NCBI GenBank assembly: GCA_949538655.1
Contig: CATISE010000059.1
Coordinates: forward strand, 1 to 45,112
Length of the DNA stretch: 45,112 nucleotides
Direction: 5' to 3'
Source: Marine Group II euryarchaeote MED-G33
GTDB taxonomy: Archaea > Thermoplasmatota > Poseidoniia > Poseidoniales > Thalassarchaeaceae
Within the stretch, counting starts at the first letter, position 1. Each line of letters opens with the position of its first letter. Positions 26,120-36,186 of this stretch are shown piece after piece. The notes beneath the pieces are model-generated. The model did not search any database, was not told the DNA's origin, and saw only the letters and a list, made by a program, of their open reading frames with translations. The position numbers and the translations under genes were made by a program.

Positions 26120-27862
26120 TCAGTTTTCCTCCGCCGCAGCGGCAATTTGTTGGTTCATCTCATCGACTAAACCGTCGACTCGGTCTACATATCCGGGCTC
26201 AAATCGGTCACGCATTAGGTTGGTTCTTGCAGGGACGTTGACAACGTCCTCCAACAGTCCACCGGCTGCAAGTGCCTTCTTGGCTGAATCTTGGAATGTC
26301 AAAATAGCCTTAGCCATCTTGTATTGTTGCTCTAGGCCCGTGTATGCATCCACATCATGGAATCCATTTTGCTGTAGGAAGAATTCACGAATCATTCGTG
26401 CGACTTCAAGGGTCAACTGTTGATCCACAGGCAATGCATCGGAACCCACCAACTGAACAATTTCTTGCAACTCAGCTTCAACTTGAAGAAGACTGCTAAT
26501 CTCAGTTCGAATCTCTGGGAAATCTGTAGCAATATTGTCACGGAACCACTGATCTAGGCTCTGAGGGTATAGCGAGTATGAACTCAACCAATTGATTGCA
26601 GGGAAGTGACGTTGTCGCGCCAAACCTGCGTCCAATCCCCAAAACACCTTGACGATTCGAAGTGTACCCTGTGATACTGGCTCGCTGATGTCACCACCAG
26701 GTGGAGACACCGCACCAATTACGGTCACTGAGCCGTCTTCACCCTCAAGGGTCTCAACACGGCCAGCACGCTCGTAGAATTCAGCCAATCGACTGGACAA
26801 ATATGCTGGATATCCTTCTTCACCAGGCATCTCTTCTAGACGGCTACTGATCTCACGCATTGCTTCGGCCCATCGACTGGTCGAATCGGCCATCAATGCC
26901 ACGTCATAACCCATGTCACGGAAATATTCTGCAATTGTGATTCCCGTATACACTGATGCTTCACGAGCGGCCACAGGCATGTTCGATGTGTTTGCAATCA
27001 TCACGGTTCGATTCATCAACGGTTTACCCGTGTTCGGGTCAATCAAGTGGGGGAACTCATCCAACACTTCCGTCATTTCATTACCTCGCTCACCGCAGCC
27101 GATGTAAACCACGATTTGTGCGTCGGAATACTTGGCCAGCGATTGCTGTGTTACCGTCTTCCCTGAACCGAATGGACCAGGGATTCCAGCAGCACCACCC
27201 TTTGCGAGTGGGAACAAGAAATCGAGAATGCGCATACCGGTGATGAGTGGGGTATCTGGCGCATACTTCTGGTGATATGGCCGAGGTGTACGAACCGGCC
27301 ACTTTTGCATCATTTGAATCTCAGTACCATCTTCAAGAGTACAGACCGTCTGAGTGACGTTGAACGATCCGCTCTCAATACTGGCTACCTTGCCACTGTG
27401 GTTTGGAGGAAGCATGACTTTGTGGACAATGGTTTCAGTTTCTTGAACCGTCCCAATCACGGCGCCTGGAGCGACTTCATCACCGACCGATACGGCCGCC
27501 TCAAAGTCCCAGACCTTCTCAAGGTCGAGACCATCAGCATCGACACCACGTTCGATGAAGGTGCCCATGGTCTTCTCCAATACCGGTAGTGGGCGTTGGA
27601 TTCCATCGTAAATCTGCGTTAGCAGACCTGGGCCCAACTGAACCGATAGCGTCTGACCGGTGCGTACCACCGGCTCGCCTGGACGGATGCCAGACGTATC
27701 TTCATACACTTGAATTACAGACTTGTCACCGTGTAGTTCGATCACTTCGCCCATCAATCCTTCATGCCCTACGCGTACAACTTCATACATCCGCGAACGA
27801 ATGCCCGTGGCCGTCACCACTGGTCCAGATATACGGTAAATCACTCCATTTTCATCACTCAT
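26120..27862 (-). CDS. atpA: A-type ATP synthase catalytic subunit A
   Basis: [11 protein letters not shown].., P-loop GPFGSGKTV, ..[13 protein letters not shown]... At 580 aa there is no room for an intein. Confidence 0.95.
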   Translation of the reverse strand: MSDENGVIYRISGPVVTATGIRSRMYEVVRVGHEGLMGEVIELHGDKSVIQVYEDTSGIRPGEPVVRTGQTLSVQLGPGLLTQIYDGIQRPLPVLEKTMGTFIERGVDADGLDLEKVWDFEAAVSVGDEVAPGAVIGTVQETETIVHKVMLPPNHSGKVASIESGSFNVTQTVCTLEDGTEIQMMQKWPVRTPRPYHQKYAPDTPLITGMRILDFLFPLAKGGAAGIPGPFGSGKTVTQQSLAKYSDAQIVVYIGCGERGNEMTEVLDEFPHLIDPNTGKPLMNRTVMIANTSNMPVAAREASVYTGITIAEYFRDMGYDVALMADSTSRWAEAMREISSRLEEMPGEEGYPAYLSSRLAEFYERAGRVETLEGEDGSVTVIGAVSPPGGDISEPVSQGTLRIVKVFWGLDAGLARQRHFPAINWLSSYSLYPQSLDQWFRDNIATDFPEIRTEISSLLQVEAELQEIVQLVGSDALPVDQQLTLEVARMIREFFLQQNGFHDVDAYTGLEQQYKMAKAILTFQDSAKKALAAGGLLEDVVNVPARTNLMRDRFEPGYVDRVDGLVDEMNQQIAAAAEEN

Positions 27863-27887
27863 TTTTTGTCACTTCCTTTTTTTGGAA

Positions 27888-28187
27888 TCACTTCCATAGA
27901 TCGACGCCGAGCGCCGATTTAATCGACTCGCGGAGGGTGTTATCCTCCTCGGTCCCAATGCCCAATACTGTGGGCGTAATGCTATCTGCAATCTGCGAAC
28001 GCAGCCTGTCAGACAAGCGAATTAGATCAGCACTATCAATCACGACAATGCCAATATCCTTCTGGCTGAGTAAATTTCGCATTGTAGATGCAAGTTCCTC
28101 ATCACCTTCGGGATTGTGCAAGCGACTAACGCCTGCAAGCTGGAATCCTAGAGTGAATTCAGAAGTACCGACTACAGCAATTTCCAT
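27888..28187 (-). CDS. atpF: A-type ATP synthase subunit F
   Basis: 99 aa, IAVVGTSEFTLGFQLAGV.. is a typical subunit F N-terminus. Position between atpC and atpA. Confidence 0.85.
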   Translation of the reverse strand: MEIAVVGTSEFTLGFQLAGVSRLHNPEGDEELASTMRNLLSQKDIGIVVIDSADLIRLSDRLRSQIADSITPTVLGIGTEEDNTLRESIKSALGVDLWK

Positions 28188-28196
28188 TCATTCACC

Positions 28197-29243
28197 TCAC
28201 AGATTCATGTGCGCTTCAATGACCTCATCAGAGAGGCCTGCCGCCTTGCCACGCACAAGCAAGCGGATGTTTTGCACCTCGAGCACTTTGCTCTCGATGT
28301 AGTGTATTACGGGGAATGCCGATAACGGATTCAGGTATGAGAAACGACGCATCATTGAGTTGCGTTGTTCCTGCAACAGCGTGACCACGGGGTCTAGACT
28401 TGTCGCAGAAGCCTGAATCGCATCATCGAATCCATTGTCATCAAACGAAGGAGCTCGGCAGAGGGCCTCGAGTACACCTTCATTTGAATCAGCTAATGAT
28501 GCAGTTTTGAGAACTGCTTTGGAAATTTTTCCACCTCCAATCATCATTGCATCGCGATTTTCACCATTGATTCCTTGGCGAACACCTCGGAATTGATTGA
28601 TGATATTTCGATGATCAATTTCAACTTGGATATATCGCTCTAAGAGCGGGGGACTATCAGGTCCGCGAACTGCATCCAATGCATCTCGATAGTATGCAGA
28701 GTCGAGCATATCTTCCATTTCTTGAAGGGTTGCATCGGGCTCTAAACGAGCAAGTGCGTGCCCCCAAGCGGTTCCAGACATCGCAGTAACTGCGTCACTT
28801 AGAGTGTCACAGTTCCGAACAATATCAAGCCAGTCACTGTTACTTGCGTTTTCTTCAGGAAGAACCTGACCAGCGACTATTTCGATATCTGCCCCACTAT
28901 GTATCGCGCGTAAGACTGTCTTTGCATTCTGAAATGAGAATCGCGTAACATACACGGCAACTGTGCCTTTGAGACGTCCCTGGCAGAAGCCAAGCACAGT
29001 CGCAAGGTCAGCATCCAAATTGTGATTGAGGGCTGCTTCAATTAAATCTGCACCAGACAAACGAGGTGCATACAAATCGATTTCATTTCGATAGCCCATA
29101 TCACCGATGGAAATACCGATTGTATCGGGTCCTTGTTGGAGTAATTGGCGCATCCGAGTCGAATCGATCAAGCCTGCTCTACGTGTTTTTGCACGTGCAG
29201 CGGCATTGGCCACGTTACTGCGACCATTGTTGATTCGAACCAT
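28197..29243 (-). CDS. atpC: A-type ATP synthase subunit C (d-like)
   Basis: 348-aa helical protein in the conserved position between atpE and atpF. Confidence 0.85.
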   Translation of the reverse strand: MVRINNGRSNVANAAARAKTRRAGLIDSTRMRQLLQQGPDTIGISIGDMGYRNEIDLYAPRLSGADLIEAALNHNLDADLATVLGFCQGRLKGTVAVYVTRFSFQNAKTVLRAIHSGADIEIVAGQVLPEENASNSDWLDIVRNCDTLSDAVTAMSGTAWGHALARLEPDATLQEMEDMLDSAYYRDALDAVRGPDSPPLLERYIQVEIDHRNIINQFRGVRQGINGENRDAMMIGGGKISKAVLKTASLADSNEGVLEALCRAPSFDDNGFDDAIQASATSLDPVVTLLQEQRNSMMRRFSYLNPLSAFPVIHYIESKVLEVQNIRLLVRGKAAGLSDEVIEAHMNL

Positions 29244-29256
29244 TCAAACACCTCAC

Positions 29257-29835
29257 TTAATTTCCAAATAGCGTTTCATTGACAGATGCCAAGCTGGCTT
29301 TCCAAGCCTCTTCTAGGCGGTTGTCAAATCTGTAATCTAGTACGATCGAACCATCTGCAGATTCGAGAGTGAATCCGCCTAGTCCGTCGATATCAGCTCC
29401 AAAATTGAATCCCTTTGCTTCCATCTCGAGGGCTTTACGATCAATGGAGACAGGACGCATAGTCATGCCATCTCCTTCTTTCTTGGCCTCGGCGACAAGC
29501 GCCTTGACCAGGGTGGCTCGGCCAGATAGTTTGGCTGAACCAACCTCTGCCTTGACAGCATCCCAGGTCGCATTCAACTCACTTGCTCTTGCAATGAGTT
29601 GGCGCTTCTGGTTGTCCTGTCGAGAGGATGCAACGAGTTCCTTTGAGAGCTGTGTGGCTTCTCGCTCAGCCCGAGATACCAAGGCATCTCGGATTTCTGC
29701 GACCTCGGCCTCAGCCTCTTTGTTCAATGATTTGGCCGTTTTCTTGGCCCCATCCTTGAGGGCTTTGGCTTCCGCCTTTGCCTGAGCGGCAATTTCGTCA
29801 GCTAACGCATCTAGAGACATCATCACACATTCCAT
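29257..29835 (-). CDS. atpE: A-type ATP synthase subunit E
   Basis: SLDALADEIAAQAKAEAKAL.. is an A/K/E-rich helix followed by a globular C-terminus. Alternative ATGs at 29823 and 29820. Confidence 0.8.
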   Translation of the reverse strand: MECVMMSLDALADEIAAQAKAEAKALKDGAKKTAKSLNKEAEAEVAEIRDALVSRAEREATQLSKELVASSRQDNQKRQLIARASELNATWDAVKAEVGSAKLSGRATLVKALVAEAKKEGDGMTMRPVSIDRKALEMEAKGFNFGADIDGLGGFTLESADGSIVLDYRFDNRLEEAWKASLASVNETLFGN

Positions 29836-29868
29836 TTTGAGTCGTATCAGTGGTTTTGACCGTTCTGC

Positions 29869-30186
29869 TCAGAGCAGGAACATGGCCAAGAAACCGAACA
29901 GAACGATGGTCTCAGGCAGAGCTGTAAAGATCAATGCATGAGTGAATCGGTCCTTGTCTTCGGCAAGCATGCCGACTGCGGCTGCGCCAATTTGACCTTG
30001 GCTCATACCGGTTCCGATTCCAGTTAGACCGAGTGCAAGACCTGCACCGATCATCTTGTATGCATTTTCTGTGTTTACGTTGTCTGCTGAATCTCCTGTC
30101 TGAGCTGCTACAATACCGGTTAAGATAAACAGCACACTCATGACAAGCATCATTCTAACGCCTATTTTCAGGGTTTTATTTTTCAT
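29869..30186 (-). CDS. atpK: A-type ATP synthase proteolipid subunit K (c) with an N-terminal hydrophobic extension
   Basis: GAGLALGLTGIGTGMSQG..FTALPETIVLFGFL is a hairpin with the conserved carboxylate. ATG 30186 is preceded by GGAGGAAAATAAA. The track ORF upstream part overlaps atpI. Confidence 0.85.
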   Translation of the reverse strand: MKNKTLKIGVRMMLVMSVLFILTGIVAAQTGDSADNVNTENAYKMIGAGLALGLTGIGTGMSQGQIGAAAVGMLAEDKDRFTHALIFTALPETIVLFGFLAMFLL

Positions 30187-30235
30187 TTTATTTTCCTCCG
30201 TTTTTTCCGTTGCTAAGCAAGGAATGTGATATGCG

Positions 30236-32452
30236 CTATTCCACCTCCACGCGGCGCGCTTTGAATCCGAATGGCTTGAACGCCTCGCCACTCGAGTCAT
30301 AGAACTGGCGCATCCATTCCACGAAGTGCAATCGCACCGCGTGGATGTTTGGACTGAATACACCAAGTCCCCATGCAAATAGTTGGACTGCAAACCAACC
30401 AATGAGAATGAATGGGAAAAATGGGCTGGAGAAGTCGAGACTTCCATACAACATATTGTTCCCTGTTTCAGCTATTTTCACACCGACAACACCGACGGCG
30501 AAGAGACGGACATAGGACAACACTGTGGGCAGCATACCGATTGCTTCAATGCCTGCCAAACCGATATTGATTGGGAATGGAACTCCATGGTATCGGTATA
30601 ATGTCCACATCAGCATACACAAACCTACACCGAACTTGGCCACCCCGACCATCATCACTGTATCCATCAAGTCTAGGTAGGCTGGGTCTGGATTCATCCA
30701 TTTTTCCTGGTATGCAGGAATAGAGAGGAAGGCATAGGCTGCAAGGAACCCACCAATGAGAATCAACATCCAACTGCCCTTCTCGAATGCGGCACAAACG
30801 AATCCTTGGTCGCCATGGCCATTCCCGTAAAGCCAGATGTCTCTGAATCCGACAGCCAAACCAATGAACACGTGTGCGAGACCCAAGTAGATGGTCAAGA
30901 GAATCAAGTGTTCGAGGTTGCCACCATGAGCGGCGTCGGAGACGCGGTGGAATGGATATGCTAGAGTGAGTCCGAATGGACCATCCAAAACCCAGTGAAC
31001 TTCGCCACCATTCGGGTAAAGCACAGTCATCCAAGAGACCCAACCTGGGAGATACTGATCGTGTTCAGTACCGAACTTGGGGTCTTTCCAATGGTAGTGG
31101 CCATGGGAGCCGTCAGGTAGTACTGCGGCCTCACATTGGGCAACACCGATGATTCCTTCAACGTCACAGTGTCCGTGCGGGAGGAACTCAAACCCGGCAA
31201 ATTCACCATAGATATAGCCGAAAATGACTGTTGCAATACCAATGTAGACTAGGAATTTTCCACCCAAGTGCATGAGTTCGTTGTTACCCGCGCGCCTCAT
31301 GACCATTGCACCCAGCCCAAGAGTGACCAAACCATAGGCCATGTCTCCAAGCATCAGACCGAAGAAAATTGGATACGTGATGAACATGAATAGAGTGGGG
31401 TCAATTCGACCATAGCCAGGGCGGCCAACAGCATCTGTCAGCAACTCCATCGGCTTACTAGCAGTCCGATCAGGGTAAGCGATTGGAGGCATTTCTTGGT
31501 GATGATGGTGGTCCGCATGTCCATGGCCACCACCCCCTGGTTCAATCTTGAATGGCTCGATATCAACAACCGTACATACTGAGGATAAAGCAGTCATGAC
31601 CTCGTCAGATCGATCCATTTCGACCCAGCCATCTACGATGAATGCGTGTTCTGTGGTTGCAATTCGTACGGGTGCGGTCGCCAATTCTTGGTCACGCTCT
31701 AACAATTCCAAACCGGAGTGGAGTGAATCTGCATTGGATTCAGCCCAAGACTCAAGAGTGTTATTCAGTGACTCTTGTTCAGAGAGTAGTTGAGTTTTCT
31801 CAGAATCAATTTCGTCGATGCGCATATCGATACTACCATCATACTCTGGAACAGGGGTTGGAGAAAACCCTGCACCTTCCAAATTGGATTGTGCTTCGGA
31901 CGCATCTTCATTCAACACAAAGACGCCGACTACTGTCTTCTTTCCAACATTGCCAGTAAACATCAATCCACCATTGGGGACTTCAACTGCTTGGACATCA
32001 CGAACCGTACCGATAAAGCAGGTTAGATGATTGTAGCCGGATAGTAGATCAATGTCCAATTTGAGTGGTGCAACCATTGAGAGAATCGATTCTTCATCAG
32101 CAAGTACCTTGAGATTCGATTCAACTTCATCAAGTCGTTCTTGAGTTGATACAAGTGTTTCGACCTCATCATACAAATTACCGGAAAGAGATGTTCGGAC
32201 ATCCTGAATCGATTTGACCGCGTTGGTTTTTGCTGTGACCATTCCTGCTGCATTACGCAACTTGTTGACGTCACGGCTTAACTGCTCAGCGGAATTACGA
32301 GGGGAACCCATCGACAGGTCACCATCTTCACCATCGTAATCGACCAAGTGTAGGGCTCGAAGTTGGGCGAGCATCTCAATGGTGGAATCCAACTTATCCA
32401 GTGTACCCGAAGCGACCAAACGGCCCATTTGTCGGGTGTGGATTTGAGACAT
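30236..32452 (-). CDS. atpI: A-type ATP synthase subunit I (a-like stator)
   Basis: Cytoplasmic helical N-terminal half plus a C-terminal half with more than 7 TM segments (..SYVRLFAVGV..HAVRLHFVEW..). ATG 32452 is preceded by GAGGGAG. Confidence 0.9.
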   Translation of the reverse strand: MSQIHTRQMGRLVASGTLDKLDSTIEMLAQLRALHLVDYDGEDGDLSMGSPRNSAEQLSRDVNKLRNAAGMVTAKTNAVKSIQDVRTSLSGNLYDEVETLVSTQERLDEVESNLKVLADEESILSMVAPLKLDIDLLSGYNHLTCFIGTVRDVQAVEVPNGGLMFTGNVGKKTVVGVFVLNEDASEAQSNLEGAGFSPTPVPEYDGSIDMRIDEIDSEKTQLLSEQESLNNTLESWAESNADSLHSGLELLERDQELATAPVRIATTEHAFIVDGWVEMDRSDEVMTALSSVCTVVDIEPFKIEPGGGGHGHADHHHHQEMPPIAYPDRTASKPMELLTDAVGRPGYGRIDPTLFMFITYPIFFGLMLGDMAYGLVTLGLGAMVMRRAGNNELMHLGGKFLVYIGIATVIFGYIYGEFAGFEFLPHGHCDVEGIIGVAQCEAAVLPDGSHGHYHWKDPKFGTEHDQYLPGWVSWMTVLYPNGGEVHWVLDGPFGLTLAYPFHRVSDAAHGGNLEHLILLTIYLGLAHVFIGLAVGFRDIWLYGNGHGDQGFVCAAFEKGSWMLILIGGFLAAYAFLSIPAYQEKWMNPDPAYLDLMDTVMMVGVAKFGVGLCMLMWTLYRYHGVPFPINIGLAGIEAIGMLPTVLSYVRLFAVGVVGVKIAETGNNMLYGSLDFSSPFFPFILIGWFAVQLFAWGLGVFSPNIHAVRLHFVEWMRQFYDSSGEAFKPFGFKARRVEVE

Positions 32453-32471
32453 TTTTCTCCCTCGAATCGGA

Positions 32472-32786
32472 TTAAGCTCTGAAGGCATCAAGGACGACAT
32501 CGACCGCTTTGGAACGGCTTGAATCTCCGCTGCCATGAATCGAATCAATGGCTTTGTCTCCTTTCTTAGAGACCTTGGCTGCTTCTTTCTCTGCGGCCTT
32601 GCGTGCATCGTCAATCATTTGCTGTGCATCCGATTGAGCCTGTGCCCGCCCTTCAGTTACAGTTTCCGAGGCAGCGATACGCGCCTTGGTCACAATGTTG
32701 CTCGCTTCAGACTCAGCTTTGGCAAGCGTTGCGCTTGCATCAGCCTCGGCATCTTTGATGGTTCGTAGTACATCAGCACGACTCAT
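32472..32786 (-). CDS. atpH: A-type ATP synthase subunit H
   Basis: 104-aa A/E/K-rich helix (VLRTIKDAEADASATLAKAESEA..). It is the first gene of the operon. Confidence 0.8.
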   Translation of the reverse strand: MSRADVLRTIKDAEADASATLAKAESEASNIVTKARIAASETVTEGRAQAQSDAQQMIDDARKAAEKEAAKVSKKGDKAIDSIHGSGDSSRSKAVDVVLDAFRA

Positions 32787-32920
32787 ACAATCACCTACGT
32801 TCTCGCGCGACTGTTGATGGGTTTATGATGATACCCGCATGACAACAAGACTTGGGAGATTGGGATTGTAAGAAATCGACATTAGGATTGAACCAAATAC
32901 ACGATTGATTGCCGTAAGTC

Positions 32921-33625
32921 ATGATGGATACGGAACGTATCGGCGACGAGGATTGGGCTGAACTACAGCGCAACCTTGAGGCCACCATACCAGTTTACGA
33001 TCGTATCAATCGATTTGCAACATTTGGACAGGATAAAAAATGGAGGAAGATGGTTCGCAGTCGCCTTCCCAAGGAAGGGAGAATCCTCGAAGTCGGTTGT
33101 GGCCCTGGGACCTTCGCAGAAATGGTTCCAGACCGTGAATTGACTTGCCTCGACCCGATTCCAGCAATGCTTTCCGTGGCCAAAAAGAGAGTAAATGAAA
33201 ATCGAAACAAACCTGCTGAATTTGTCGAAGCGACAGCAGAGGACATGCCCTTTGAAGACGAAAGTTTCGAAGGAGTTTGCTCCTTGTTTTCATTCAGAGA
33301 TTGGTATGACAAGAGGGCCGGACTCGCCGAAGTCAAACGTGTCCTCAAACCCGGGGGGACCCTCGTCATTGTTGATCCAGCCAAAATGAATCGTGTGCAT
33401 GGATGGTTTGGCTATCTTTGGATGCGAATTTGGGTCGGTGCTTACGCGCGTTTCATTTGTAAGATGAAAGAACACCCTTGGAAATGGTTGACCAAAACTT
33501 ACGTTCACTTTGGAACGACCAAGGACTACGTACGCATGCTTAACGAAAGTGGGTTTACAGAGGTAAAGGCGAAAGTGGTGTTCCCAGGGATGGCCACGAT
33601 TTGGACTGCAAAAAAATCAAGTTAG
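32921..33625 (+). CDS. UbiE/MenG-family class I SAM-dependent methyltransferase
   Basis: VYDRINRFATFGQDKKWRK.. and the SAM motif ILEVGCGPGT, ..LKPGGTLVIVD. Confidence 0.8.
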   Translation: MMDTERIGDEDWAELQRNLEATIPVYDRINRFATFGQDKKWRKMVRSRLPKEGRILEVGCGPGTFAEMVPDRELTCLDPIPAMLSVAKKRVNENRNKPAEFVEATAEDMPFEDESFEGVCSLFSFRDWYDKRAGLAEVKRVLKPGGTLVIVDPAKMNRVHGWFGYLWMRIWVGAYARFICKMKEHPWKWLTKTYVHFGTTKDYVRMLNESGFTEVKAKVVFPGMATIWTAKKSS

Positions 33626-33644
33626 ATTGGTGTGAGGAATTGTT

Positions 33645-34031
33645 ATGCAGGCTGGTTCAGGGAACTTCGAAAGAGAGGGAGAGATTTCGACACAGTATGT
33701 CCCCACTCAACAAACAATTACTGGACTGATTCCTCAGCAAGTTATAGTCGGCCAACAACAACCCCAGATGGTGATTGGACCCCATGGACAACAAGTCTAC
33801 GTGATGCAAAAACCACAGAGTGATGGGTTGATTATTGCTGTCTGGATTCTATCGGCTTGTTCCCTTATTATTTCACCACTTTTCTGTGGAATCCCCGCAA
33901 TAATTTGTGCAGTCATAGCAATGACGCAAAATCATCCGAAGGGTGTACAGGCACTCATCGTATCCATTGTTTGTCCAATTATTGGAATCGGGATTTCGAT
34001 TGTAATTTTGTTTGCATTATCAGGAATGTAA
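33645..34031 (+). CDS. Hypothetical small membrane protein with a Q-rich N-terminus and 2 TM helices, CD225/DUF4190-like
   Basis: GTGAGG lies upstream of the ATG. Q-rich soluble head, then two hydrophobic helices (..CGIPAIICAVIAM..). Confidence 0.55.
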   Translation: MQAGSGNFEREGEISTQYVPTQQTITGLIPQQVIVGQQQPQMVIGPHGQQVYVMQKPQSDGLIIAVWILSACSLIISPLFCGIPAIICAVIAMTQNHPKGVQALIVSIVCPIIGIGISIVILFALSGM

Positions 34032-35132
34032 TCATAGAATCCAAAACATCCTTCGGCAGGTAACTGCGCGCCAAATGATACCTTTTGTCAAACGATTGAA
34101 AGTCAAATTTAGCATCCAATTTGGAAGACGGAATAGCAAGCTACCAACCCGGAAGGCTCGCTTGGAGTTTCGCATCACTTTACCCATCTGTCGATCCCAT
34201 CTATGCTCGTATTCCTCTAGAGGAGTTCCTTCACTCAAGTGTTGAGCAATGGTTTGTCCAGCGATTCGGCCACCAATCATGGCGATTGTAATGCCTGCAC
34301 CATTGGAGGGGAGAACCATTCCTGCCGCGTCACCCACGAGCATGTAGTTGCCTTTGACAAAAGTTCGAATCGTACCGGACATCGGCAAAGAACCTGCGCC
34401 ACGGAATGAAATATCACCATCATACTTTGAAATGAATTCCTTCGCATATTGATTAAGGCTGATTCCCTTGGAAAAACTACGCTGAATCCCAAGTCCAATG
34501 TTGGCTCCACTTGATTTCGGAAACATCCAGGCATACCCACCTGGGGCCATCGAACCAAAGTGAAGTTCAACCGCTTCACCAAAGTCACCATCCATCAAGA
34601 CAAATTTGACAGGGATTTTGAGAGATGATTCATCCCAATGATCACGGCGTAATGGATCATTGTGACCCCCTGCACCGACAATGACCTTGGCAGTGTATGT
34701 ATCACCACCTCGTACAATGACTTGGTTGTCAATAACCCGTTCCACATGGGAATCAACTAGATATTTAGCCCCGTTTTCTTTGGCCAATTCCACCAATGCC
34801 TCATCGTGTGTGACACGATTCAAGACCAATCCTTCAAAATCAAATTTTAGTGGTTTACCAGATGGTGGGACAATATGCATTTCAGTAGAACGTCTAGAAA
34901 TTGCATCTTCTGGAGTTCGGAATAACTCATCCATATCTGGTACATCTGGACAGAGACGCCGCATCTCATCATTACTTGGAACCAACTCGCCACACTGTAA
35001 GGGTGTGCCAATCGGATCACGTCCATCGATGACCAGGACATCAGCACCATTTGCGGCAGCATATCGAGCCACAGTACTGCCCGCAGGGCCACCCCCAATC
35101 ACGATCACATCATGATGATTGGATTCATTCAT
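34032..35132 (-). CDS. Geranylgeranyl reductase family flavoprotein (digeranylgeranylglycerophospholipid reductase-like)
   Basis: HDVIVIGGGPAGS..ADVLVID, ..GGYAWMFPK.., ..LVGDAAGMV.. Confidence 0.85.
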   Translation of the reverse strand: MNESNHHDVIVIGGGPAGSTVARYAAANGADVLVIDGRDPIGTPLQCGELVPSNDEMRRLCPDVPDMDELFRTPEDAISRRSTEMHIVPPSGKPLKFDFEGLVLNRVTHDEALVELAKENGAKYLVDSHVERVIDNQVIVRGGDTYTAKVIVGAGGHNDPLRRDHWDESSLKIPVKFVLMDGDFGEAVELHFGSMAPGGYAWMFPKSSGANIGLGIQRSFSKGISLNQYAKEFISKYDGDISFRGAGSLPMSGTIRTFVKGNYMLVGDAAGMVLPSNGAGITIAMIGGRIAGQTIAQHLSEGTPLEEYEHRWDRQMGKVMRNSKRAFRVGSLLFRLPNWMLNLTFNRLTKGIIWRAVTCRRMFWIL

Positions 35133-36105
35133 TGCGCGTCATCACCTGCCGAGTCATCGCTTCAAGGACGTCTCTAACCTCAGATTGAGGGAATTCGTAA
35201 AGATGGTTCAATGCACGCTCCAAATGATTGTGAATCAGGATACGGCAGTACCCAAATGAGTCGCCTTGTTCCAACAATGCCTCAAGTTCATCCCACCGGT
35301 CATCTCGGAATTCAGCTAGAACGTCAGCCAATATTCTCCGAGAATCACCATGTAACAGTGTAAGGGCGTGGATGATTGGAAGTGTCATTTTACCTTCATG
35401 GATGTCTGTGCCTCGGGCTTTACCCATGCGCTCATCCCCGGTCAAATCGAGTATATCATCAACCAACTGGAATGCAATGCCCAGTTCCATCCCAAACTCA
35501 CGCAAGAGGAGCGCATCGCGATCGGATGAACCTGCAATAATAGCAGCACATTCACAAGCGGATGCGAATGGCCCTGCGGTTTTCCCTCGGACAATTTCAT
35601 AGTAATCTTCCGGGGTGGTCGAAAGATCGGAAATATGCTGGATTTGCTTCAGTTCACCTGCGGCAATAGCTGCGCAGGTGTCAGCCATAATCCGTACAAC
35701 ACGTTCCTCATAGCGGCCCCCTAGACCGAAACCCATAACGAAAAGGAAATCACCACCAATAATTGCATGATCCAGACCGTGTTTTTCGTGAAGTGTTTGA
35801 ACTCCACGACGTAATTTTGCACCATCGTAGATATCGTCGTGTATCAGGGTCGCTGTGTGAATCAGTTCGGTTGCAACCGCAAAATCAAGCACCTCATCAC
35901 GAACATCCCCTCCTGCCAATTCATAGGCGAGTAAGGTAAGCACGGGCCGTATTCGTTTACCACCAGCAAGAAGAATTTCTCGTGCGAGTTCCATGGCAGG
36001 AGCATAGGTACCGCTTAGAGAAGACTCAACGACTGACTCAATCGCTGATTCTACCTCAATTCGACGTTCGATGAGAAGCGAATTCTCAAGGATGTTTTCC
36101 GCCAT
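35125..36105 (-). CDS. idsA: Polyprenyl (geranylgeranyl) diphosphate synthase
   Basis: FARM LIHDDIYDG and SARM FQLVDDILDLTGD, plus GKRIRP. It overlaps the GGR start by 8 nt. Confidence 0.9.
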   Translation of the reverse strand: MAENILENSLLIERRIEVESAIESVVESSLSGTYAPAMELAREILLAGGKRIRPVLTLLAYELAGGDVRDEVLDFAVATELIHTATLIHDDIYDGAKLRRGVQTLHEKHGLDHAIIGGDFLFVMGFGLGGRYEERVVRIMADTCAAIAAGELKQIQHISDLSTTPEDYYEIVRGKTAGPFASACECAAIIAGSSDRDALLLREFGMELGIAFQLVDDILDLTGDERMGKARGTDIHEGKMTLPIIHALTLLHGDSRRILADVLAEFRDDRWDELEALLEQGDSFGYCRILIHNHLERALNHLYEFPQSEVRDVLEAMTRQVMTRNE

Positions 36106-36186
36106 TGAACCTTCGACGAGGGGTGCCTATATCAACAGGTGGCTACCGCCCAGAGCCGGGCACGTTACGTGTCTGCCTACGGCGGG

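Noticed and set aside
26120-27862. Inteins in atpA, and also in smc, rpa and cdc6
   Set aside because: Protein lengths and uninterrupted motif spacing are normal, with no Cys/Ser...HN splice-junction blocks.
25773-28302. Long plus-strand ORFs (216 aa at 25773-26423; 237 aa at 27589-28302) inside the atp operon
   Set aside because: They are antisense to the unmistakable atpB, atpA, atpF and atpC genes, and they are low-complexity Ser/Pro/Arg-rich translations.
30187-30447. Upstream extension of atpK, and similarly 32453-32614 for atpI
   Set aside because: Both extensions lie inside the preceding gene (atpI and atpH respectively). The internal ATGs have strong GGAGG-type sites.
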